Positions 35,301 through 42,336 of a stretch of 64,000 bases of DNA are shown piece after piece. The DNA lies in contig CAUYUJ010000310.1 in NCBI GenBank assembly GCA_963575745.1, forward strand, positions 1 through 64,000, in the 5' to 3' direction. The position numbers and the translations under genes were made by a program. Position 1 is the first letter of the stretch; the number at the start of each line of letters is the position of its first letter. The notes below the pieces were generated by a model. The model was given only the letters and a program-made list of their open reading frames with translations, was not told where the DNA came from and did not search any database. Origin of the DNA: Prorocentrum cordatum. Taxonomy: Eukaryota.

Positions 35301-38300
35301 TGCGAGCGCCGGATTCCCGCGAATCGCCTGGAGTCTTTGCCACAAGCTGTTCTCGCTCGTTTCAGACGGCGGAGTCCGAAACGGCGAGCCACCATCTGAA
35401 CCGCCCATAGGGACAAACCTCGCACCTCCAGCTTGCTGCGGAGGGCGTTGTGGTTGTGGTCCTAGGACGCCTGGTGGCCCAGCAGGAGTGCGCAGGTTCC
35501 TCTGCTGTGCGTCTTGGATACCTGTATGCACTGCCCACGGGTCAGCACGATATAGCTGATCGGTCAGTCCAGAGACGTCGGCTGGTGTCAAATAGCTGTT
35601 GAGGGCCTGGACCCATGTCTGCTGGTCCGGCCTCCAAGGAGATGCTACCGTTGCTACTGGTGTGACCACTTGTTGCCATGAACCGTCCGAGGTGTCTACC
35701 GCGGGTGTCCCCGCACCTGCGGGTGGCCCCGCTTCAGGCATGACCTCGTCCTCCTGGGCATTCATCATGAGGACTGTCTGTGTGTCGTACGGTCGTGGAG
35801 CAACATCTTGCTCGGTCATGATCAAATTGAATGGGCGACCGTCCGTCTTAGTCCAGCCCTTTAGGTACATGGCGTGATCTTCCATTACACCCAGAGTTCT
35901 GTCACACATTTTAAGTGGCAGGTAGTCATCGGTGCGAATCCTGTCCGCGGGTTGGCCCCGCCTCCGCGACTTGTCATAAGCCAGCGGATTGCTCCAGGCT
36001 TCGCCGACCCGATATTTCGCAATGCTCACAATCTGGAGGATATGATCGGGCGGTATACGTCCGTCGTGGCCCCGTGTCATGACTATGTCATTTGCTGATC
36101 TCCATAGGGAGAAGCCACTGGACAGCATCTTGTTGATGCTGCAGAATATGAGCACCTCCGAGTCAGGACGGATGCCCGATTGAATCCTCGGGTCGCCCGG
36201 GAGGTAGGGGCAGCCGTGCACAAATTGGCGCCCCCCCTTCCTTTTAGGGTTGTCCTGTGCGAGGCATGAAAGGCCATTAGCAAGGATGTCCTTGACATAC
36301 TCCCACTGTGTCCCGTGGATGAAATATACTGGGTCGTCTGGTTCTTTCATCCATGTTGTGATCGGCTTATAAAGCGACTCGGGACAGTGGATGCCTGGAC
36401 TGCTGTGGCCGTTCGTGGCTCTGATGAAGTACTGTGGCCTGCGTGCCTTTGGTCGAAACCTGGGAGGCAGCAGCATGCTGTCCTCAACGCACTTCATCTG
36501 GAGCCTGCCCTTCTGCATGCCGTGATGGTCAATCATCTCACAGCAGTTTAGCAGCACCCAATACACGTATGACGTGTGGGGCCTGCCCTTGATCAGCACC
36601 TCGTGCATTTCACGATAGCCTTTCCACTGATCATTTTCAGTCCAGTTTGTCAGCAGATCGTCAACAACAACCCAGCCATCGTATGGATCGAAAGTGCTGA
36701 TCTTTTCGAAGTGTCGGCTGAATCCGTCCTTCCAATATGGACTATGGCGTAGGGCTGTAGAGAACCATATTGACACCTTGGTCATTTGCCCTTCGCGCGG
36801 CAAAGTCGGATCCATGCCGAACCTCTCCATGACCTTCAGGAGCTCTGCTTTATGCTGCGCAACGCGTAGTGGCGGCCTGTCTCGCAACATATTTCCCACG
36901 GTTTGTTGTTCACGTTCCCAGTCGTTGCGGCACTCGAAGTTACGACGATCAGGGCAATTAATGACCTCGTATCGGTCCGTATCGTCTCGAGTGACTCGTG
37001 GGTTTATGGTGCGCTTCGGGCCTTTGCCTTCAATGCCTTGCCAGTATTCGATGGCTCCCAGAGGGATGTTCCTAAGAACAGACATTACTGGCTGCCCGCG
37101 TGCGGGTGGCCCCGCTAATGCAGCTGGCGGCGCTTTAACGGGTGGCCCAGCAGAGCCTGCGGCTGACGAGGCAGCTCCAGCGGATGACTCCGCGCCAGGG
37201 TTCGGGTGACCTTGGTCAGCAACTGCATCATCGGTTAGTTTCTGTCGGTCGCCAAATTCTTTGAGGACTCTGAAGCGTTCTTCTCTTGAGAGAGTGCCTT
37301 CTGCGGGTGTCCCCGCTGCTGCAGCTGGCGCCGCTTTAGCGGGTGGCCCCGCAGAGCCATTGTCCTCCTTAGCCTTGGCGGCCGCTTCTGCCCGCACCGA
37401 CCTCGTCCCAGCTTCGGGCTTCGGCTGTGCTTTCATTCGTGCCGAACCTGGTCGTGGTGCAAGGCGCGGCTGATGCAGAGTTGGAGTCCAGTCACCTCGG
37501 AAGGCTGCCTTAGGCTGATTGCGAGCTTCATCCTTGACATCGCCTTGGGTCGCCGGTGGCATCGGGGTCGATGGTCCAGCAAAAGCCTTCCTCCTCTCCG
37601 TCACGGACAGACCGGGAGGATCTACCGGCTCAGGGTCGTCCGTCTTGGCGATCCCTCTGGCCTTCGCCCGCCCCTGTGTGCCTTCGGGGCTCTTGGACGG
37701 GTGCCTTTTCGCAGGAGTCGGTGAAGACGAGGAGTCGGCTTCAGGTCTTGGAGGTGGTCTGCTGCCCTTGCCCGGTTGTGGACCAGGAGGGTCTCTAGGA
37801 GGGCCTTCTGGCTGGCCATGATCATGGATGACCTGCCTCATCTGGTCGATGTCGGCAGTACCTTTTATGGCCAGCTTGTACTTGCCATTTTCATGGCGGT
37901 GAATTACCCTCGTGCAAAACCACTTCTGCGCCGAAGAGCTGTAGTACCAGCAGGCGCATCCATCAGGGAATGGATTCTCTGAGCCGTCTTCCGCCGCCCA
38001 TTCTTCATTCAGTTCGGTGTGGTCAGTGCCGGCGGCGGACCCAGCAGCAGATGCAACAGCTATCCAATCGTCGTCCGCGGACCCAGCGGCTGGCGCCGCG
38101 TCTGCGGGTGACCCCGCTTCTTTGCTGGATCCTGCGGGTGACCCCGCCTCTTTACTGGATCCTGCGGGTGACCCCGCCTCTTTATGGAATCGGAATCGGC
38201 GGTTCCATTCCTTGAGGCGATGGTCATTGGGAAGCTGTACCCAATTTTCCCTGACGATGTTGGCCACCTCTTCGGTCATAGGGACGCGATCGGCTTCGGT

Positions 38301-38657
38301 GATGCGCTTTCCTCCTCCAGGGACCTCCTTGTTAGGATCATGGACGTTGCCAGCGTCATCTCCATGAGACCAATTCCACGGGGTCTCACCGTGATGAGGA
38401 CTCCTGGAGGGGCGGTCCATTGGACAACTGCGCATGTGACCTTTGAAGGGCTCGCACTGACATACTAGTTTCCTGTATGTCTTGCGATCGTTGATGATCT
38501 CCTGTTTCTTAGCCCTTTTGTCCCAAGCCTCTGGCGTTTTGGTCTTGCCACCCTTGGTGCGTATTATCACGCCAGTTTCGTCCCTTTTGGTGCAGTACTC
38601 CTTAGAATACCAGTGGCGGATCACGTCCATCGAATAGGGTACCAGTTGATGTACCAA
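32376..38657 (-). CDS. Copia-A cargo-protease ORF: small Tudor/SH3-like domain, Tpt1/KptA, RING-H2, aspartic protease
   Basis: 2093-aa open frame; protease MLDIGSN (DIG at 33390-33398) ... PAIWGL. Confidence 0.88.
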   Translation of the reverse strand: MVHQLVPYSMDVIRHWYSKEYCTKRDETGVIIRTKGGKTKTPEAWDKRAKKQEIINDRKTYRKLVCQCEPFKGHMRSCPMDRPSRSPHHGETPWNWSHGDDAGNVHDPNKEVPGGGKRITEADRVPMTEEVANIVRENWVQLPNDHRLKEWNRRFRFHKEAGSPAGSSKEAGSPAGSSKEAGSPADAAPAAGSADDDWIAVASAAGSAAGTDHTELNEEWAAEDGSENPFPDGCACWYYSSSAQKWFCTRVIHRHENGKYKLAIKGTADIDQMRQVIHDHGQPEGPPRDPPGPQPGKGSRPPPRPEADSSSSPTPAKRHPSKSPEGTQGRAKARGIAKTDDPEPVDPPGLSVTERRKAFAGPSTPMPPATQGDVKDEARNQPKAAFRGDWTPTLHQPRLAPRPGSARMKAQPKPEAGTRSVRAEAAAKAKEDNGSAGPPAKAAPAAAAGTPAEGTLSREERFRVLKEFGDRQKLTDDAVADQGHPNPGAESSAGAASSAAGSAGPPVKAPPAALAGPPARGQPVMSVLRNIPLGAIEYWQGIEGKGPKRTINPRVTRDDTDRYEVINCPDRRNFECRNDWEREQQTVGNMLRDRPPLRVAQHKAELLKVMERFGMDPTLPREGQMTKVSIWFSTALRHSPYWKDGFSRHFEKISTFDPYDGWVVVDDLLTNWTENDQWKGYREMHEVLIKGRPHTSYVYWVLLNCCEMIDHHGMQKGRLQMKCVEDSMLLPPRFRPKARRPQYFIRATNGHSSPGIHCPESLYKPITTWMKEPDDPVYFIHGTQWEYVKDILANGLSCLAQDNPKRKGGRQFVHGCPYLPGDPRIQSGIRPDSEVLIFCSINKMLSSGFSLWRSANDIVMTRGHDGRIPPDHILQIVSIAKYRVGEAWSNPLAYDKSRRRGQPADRIRTDDYLPLKMCDRTLGVMEDHAMYLKGWTKTDGRPFNLIMTEQDVAPRPYDTQTVLMMNAQEDEVMPEAGPPAGAGTPAVDTSDGSWQQVVTPVATVASPWRPDQQTWVQALNSYLTPADVSGLTDQLYRADPWAVHTGIQDAQQRNLRTPAGPPGVLGPQPQRPPQQAGGARFVPMGGSDGGSPFRTPPSETSENSLWQRLQAIRGNPALAAALQATTPFGTPRGSEGGVAAGTPAERTPAEPPAHAGPPADGQQGSDYERRAANLRAQATFLQQQADRVPSLLRNRNIDVTNHGDFRPLWSWTSEDAPNADPTNPYRQVFIPGIASHPIYGWDNHGPAEAQAMDAPMYPEYYAQMNNTPMIAGPPANEYTRNLANEMFRLQFTRAVDAQSMPHYAYMPTPTDPETVVQPAGLAVPAAMGSMPDYIRDVHNTQQAILASRQQARDNARLRQQRAIQRRIERETQAGTPADAGPPAERTDRRPPPTPYREGETTFERQARTRPDVPAPVISDYNFTQCPICMDTYEMGTIVWRLACGHFFHDICWDRVAQQHVRNQRPGAPNEAPCAVCRGPGIVIAHFPYAGQRDAESEQARQQERYAADAREMRRLREAVEALEARAAQSAEPSARAPAAQAYPWPAPEQGIQMPILPTLRAQEPPAAGPPAEAAPAAKAGPPANGPPNPGFLRAMEANIRRSGRSGGGTRRPTGSSRTSRVASPVSARSRASAESAEAAQFHTTFMIDTEGLTYARDDTDTLPPGGEWMSTLSANYWVLEQEPITVEERRQYEQMWCTELTMSQWVLEQRLLKGTLGSQITYHTDDHGTMALAARNGTFFPDEDGMPCISFMLDIGSNVNIIGANTARTFQEIMARYNHRPAICTLSKTLYINGVGEGAAICRKMGNFKIGVQYANEASPRIEEYASNIAEGSGANLPAIWGLGAMEARDTIIVLKPGYQKVIFPSGDYTLKLGRGAKVLRAKKTPSGHLAIPCGLYDGAKSQTVTNTFTIRSSRDGYTETENEEDPVSAGPPAGVSAGPPAGVSAGPPAETTAGQPATGQSMTATTDTYIVEPYLDKQLLEDTTRLIVDRTLNSWWEGQQCPEGTWPHMKDALKSKIFWAVQEAVNKWTPENQAGPPATPPPPPSYTGGGSSDSAGPTRVEIVSVAAPATPAEPSANSMPPSQTATWSHDRR
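34225..34386 (-). other. RING-H2 zinc finger
   Basis: CPIC-x14-CGHFFHDICW-x18-PCAVCR. Confidence 0.88.
36030..36780 (-). other. kptA: Tpt1/KptA NAD-dependent RNA 2'-phosphotransferase domain
   Basis: S..LRH, DGWV.V..LL, KGRLQ, IRATNGHS, IHGT..ILANGL, RQFVH, SGIR, SANDIVMTRGHDGRIPP, all in canonical order. Confidence 0.87.
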
Positions 38658-40300
38658 TCCGGCACATGCTGAGCGGATACTCCAACGGAGTGCTCAGTAC
38701 TGTATGGATAGCCCGATGCATCATGTGTAGGGCGTCTGGGAGCTGAACGGCTCCTCCTGCGGGCTGGCCCCGCTGACGCACTACCACGTTCCATTGGCCT
38801 TTGATCGTCATGCTCTGAGTCTCGGGGAGGCGACGGTTGTCCCTCTTGGCGTAGCGCATGTCCTCCGAGTCCTCTGAGCTGTCCTGGACCATGAATACGT
38901 GTTGATACGGGCTTCGGAAGTACCCGATGTCGTTTAACTGCTCCATCGTGAGGTCGTTAAGGTCTATTTGATCACAACCTTGCATAAATACATCCATAGA
39001 CCAAGCGGGTGGCCCCGCTGTTGCGGCTGGCGTCACTTCGGCGGGTGACCCCGCTAGAGCCTGGAGTGCTGTCAGCATCTGAGGTGCCGACATGTCCGAA
39101 TCCAGGTATGGACGCAGCCGTGCAGCCCCTGGGCGCGACAGCAGGTCGTTCATGGTTATCTGCTGATGTGCTGGCGCACTCAGGAGTCGGATTGCTTCAG
39201 CGACCTGTTCTTGGAGCATGTCCTTATAGTCATCTTCCGCACCTTCGGAGTCAGAGTACGCGGGATGGCCCCGCATTTCGTCATCAGCGTCTCCCGCCTC
39301 CGAACCAGCTCGCGAAAGGTCTGGCAGCAACGGCGTGCCAATCACCTGCGGTGCCAGCGCGGCGGTGAGCTCTTCCTCGGTCGCCGGGACGGTCTCAGCT
39401 TCGGAGACCTCGTCGCCGGCGGGTGGCCCCGCTGGAAGACCGAACCAAGCATTGAACGCGACCTCGTCGACCTCGTCCCAGCCGTGGAACTCGTCGAAGA
39501 GGGTCACTGCGTAGTCTTCCAGGGCTACGGTTGCTTCAGCGTAGCGGGCCATCACGTAATACGTGGAGGAGCCCGCAGCGGGAGCCGCTTCTGGATTGAC
39601 GTAAAACTCGTAGTCAATGTAGTCTATGTCATCCATAAAAGAATTTTGAGCCAAATGTACGGATCCCTTTCCTTTCCCCTTCGGGCATTGATCGCGCAAA
39701 TGATCTGTGCTACCGCATGTATGACACTTCATAGTATTGCCAGAAGCGTCCCTAGGGTTGCCCCTCCGCCCTTTTCCCTTACCGGAGGTCCGCCTGTGAC
39801 CCCGACCTTTGCCTCCGATAAGAACTTCTTCAAAGGCTATATCAGTTAAGGACGTGAGGAAAGCAGTAATACCCCTACCATGCATACGGCGTCTGCGACC
39901 CCCTTTGCCACGACCCTTTCCATATCGTTTGAAATGTCGGCGTACTGCACGTCTCACTTTTCTGACTGGTTTCTTCATAAAGCGCCTCCAACGGCGTTTT
40001 GATTTGCGATAGGCCATAAAAGCGGCTTCCGCTCTTTGTTGTTCAGAAAGGTGAGTGTCATCCGCTGGATAGTCATTACCAGCAGAGACTATGCCATTGT
40101 GCTCATCGTCAGATGAGGTATCTGCGTCAGTGCCAGATTCAAACGGTGAGGGTGGCTGAGACCCTTGAGCGGATGACTCCGCTTGGCCCCAGAGGGTTGT
40201 GCCCGAGGGCGGGCTTGCAGTGTAGGCGGCGCCTGGCGAGTAGTTCGACCAGGCGTTCGCCTCAGCTGCCTCTGCCGATGCCTGGCCAGTCTGCCCTAAG
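38602..40300 (-). CDS. gag: Copia-A Gag C-terminal part with basic region and CCHC zinc knuckle (39685-39727)
   Basis: CHTCGSTDHLRDQC preceded by K/R/G-rich segment; in the +1 frame relative to the upstream gag ORF. Confidence 0.8.
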
Positions 40301-41605
40301 AAGGGCAGTGGCCTCGTTGGGCATATCGGCTGGGTCAGCCCAGGGATTTGGCTCGCCAGGACCAGCGGGTGACCCCGCAGTCGTGGCGTAGACACCTGCA
40401 TGTGAGTGGTGCCCTGTGAAGATACCCGCTATGTTGCCAGGAGAGCGCTCGGCAACATGTCCGTAGTTCCTCATCCTGGTCAGCAGCCTGTCATAGTCTG
40501 CTTGTGTTCGGGGCATCTGATGATTAAAGGGCTCCAGCAGGTGTTGGGCTCGTGACGCGCCAACGCCTAACGCTCTGAAGAGAATCAGCGTTAGGATCTG
40601 AAAGTTGGGGATGACAAATCCAACAGAGTTAGCCTCGTCACGGGCCATCTCGAATCGAGCTAACACTGAGTCGATTCGCTCGCCCCTTTCGACGCGAAAG
40701 TCGATAAGGGCAGTGCCAGAGTTGAGCTGGCGCTCATCTTCCAGATTTTCAAATTTGGTGCTCAGTAAGTACAGTATATATGTTACTGCATCCGTTGGCT
40801 GTCCATTGACAGTTACACCATAATTGATGATCTGGGAGGGGACCTGCATGGCGATACGACGAGCAAGACCTTGAAGGCCTCGTTGTAGTGCTGCAGCTTG
40901 TTGTGGTGGTGTCATATTGCCGCTCGTTACGTTTAACCATGCATGTACTTCGCGAACATATTCGCGAAAAGGCGTAGTACCGGCAGGGTCCCATGAGGGG
41001 CCAGTAGTACGCGTGTCGTCCATCCCCTGCCGCATGTATCCCACAGCACATCCCATTATTACCCACAGAATGCCGAAGATAGTTATCTTAATCCAGTGCA
41101 TGTGCATTTCGGCTTCGGTGATTGGTTTAGGCTGTGGTTTGTCAGGCTCTGGCGTAGTAGCCGTGAGGCGCCTGACTGGCACGGGATGCAGGTGGCCCCG
41201 CTGCGGGTAGCCCCGCAGGGTGACCACGTTCTCGATCGAGTTGCCGATTGGCATCTGGTGGAAGTCGGGAGTGAAGTGGCGCAGTGAAGTAGGAGAGAGC
41301 GTCTCGAGTTCGCGGGTTGCCCCGCTAGCTCGATCGCGGACTGGCTCCGCTCCTCGCAGAGCCGGCGCAACATGGTATTCCACCGTAGTAGTAGTCCACC
41401 AAGTTGTGCCGTGGATTACAGGAATCAGAGCGAGAGCCAGCCACACGAGAGTGTAGCCAGCTCCGCTACCAAGTCGAAAACAAGCTGGTAAGCTTAGGTA
41501 TGTGTTACGCTTTAAGCGTTGCCATATCCCAGGCTTTGGCTCATATCGCATGAGCAAGAGAGCAAGACGAAGCATGGGATCTGGAGTAAAGGATAGGATG
41601 GGCAT
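40262..41605 (-). CDS. gag: Copia-A Gag capsid-like N-terminal part with hydrophobic N-terminal extension
   Basis: GPSWDP..FREYVREVHAW, ALQRGLQGLAR, LIDFRVERGERIDSVLARFE; first in-frame ATG (41605) lies inside the 5' LTR. Confidence 0.75.
   Translation of the reverse strand: MPILSFTPDPMLRLALLLMRYEPKPGIWQRLKRNTYLSLPACFRLGSGAGYTLVWLALALIPVIHGTTWWTTTTVEYHVAPALRGAEPVRDRASGATRELETLSPTSLRHFTPDFHQMPIGNSIENVVTLRGYPQRGHLHPVPVRRLTATTPEPDKPQPKPITEAEMHMHWIKITIFGILWVIMGCAVGYMRQGMDDTRTTGPSWDPAGTTPFREYVREVHAWLNVTSGNMTPPQQAAALQRGLQGLARRIAMQVPSQIINYGVTVNGQPTDAVTYILYLLSTKFENLEDERQLNSGTALIDFRVERGERIDSVLARFEMARDEANSVGFVIPNFQILTLILFRALGVGASRAQHLLEPFNHQMPRTQADYDRLLTRMRNYGHVAERSPGNIAGIFTGHHSHAGVYATTAGSPAGPGEPNPWADPADMPNEATALLRADWPGIGRGS
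41461..41471 (-). other. Primer-binding site TGGTAGCGGAG, complementary to the initiator tRNA-Met 3' end
   Basis: Directly abuts the 5' LTR; TGGTAGC is the iMet-type PBS start as in Ty1. Confidence 0.85.
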
Positions 41606-41756
41606 CGTCAATGGAAAAGGTATTTTCCGATCTCTGATGCAAGTCGTGCGCCTCGGTGAGGCACAATCACATATTTGGCCGGGCCCGGCTTGAGCCAGGC
41701 ACGGCAGCGGTACATGCTCGATTTATACCTCGCCTTTAACCTTCTCCGTTTAAAGT
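41472..41756 (-). repeat. Copia-A 5' LTR (285 bp)
   Basis: Matches 25386-25670. Confidence 0.95.
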
Positions 41757-42336
41757 CATAGGCCATATTCAGCCAGACTAGACCCAGGAGAAAAGGGACA
41801 TTAGACGGGACTAAGCGGAAGTAAGCGGTACAATGCCGGATTAGGCCAGTGTTCGACCACAGATATACCAATCCCGATGCAGAATCAAACCTCCCAAGAA
41901 TTGCACTGGAGAGCGAAAGTCCCGGCCTCGGATCATCCGCTAGTCGAGCCGACATCAAAAGCGTCATACACAAGCTTACGCGCGGGCGCGCGGCGCGGGG
42001 GGCAAAGCAAGGGCCGCCGCACCACTCTACGTGCATTCTGGTCGATCGGGAGTTCCGATCCGAGCACGTCACTCAATGGCCTAACGTTACGCACGGGAGG
42101 AGGTCGGCGGCCCGCACAGGAGCGGGGGTGGGGGCGAGGGGTGCCCTTCTTCCGAGAAGGCAGGAGGCTTCATCTAGATGGCCTGGAGGCTTCAGAGGAA
42201 GGGCTCTCAGAGCGCGGGAGGGCATCTAAAAAGACCCCCCGCCCTACCTTTTCAAAAGGCCGGCGGATGGGCTCAGAGGGCTCTGGGGAAGGGCTCTCGT
42301 CAGAACGCTGGAGGGCTGCTAATAAAGAAAACGCTG

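Larger units (their letters stand above)
25386..41756 (-). mobile_element. Copia-A: complete 16,371-bp Ty1/Copia-order LTR retrotransposon with cargo domains
   Basis: Two LTRs at offset 16086; TSD CATAG at 25381-25385 and 41757-41761; PBS; domain order gag-PR-INT-RT-RH. Confidence 0.96.

Noticed and set aside
41461..41471. tRNA gene
   Set aside because: Only an 11-nt match to a tRNA 3' end (the PBS); no cloverleaf
41755..41760. Extending the 5' LTR by 2 nt to start with TG
   Set aside because: The 3' LTRs of A and B read CG at that position, no CA exists at the other end, and it would break the exact CATAG duplication
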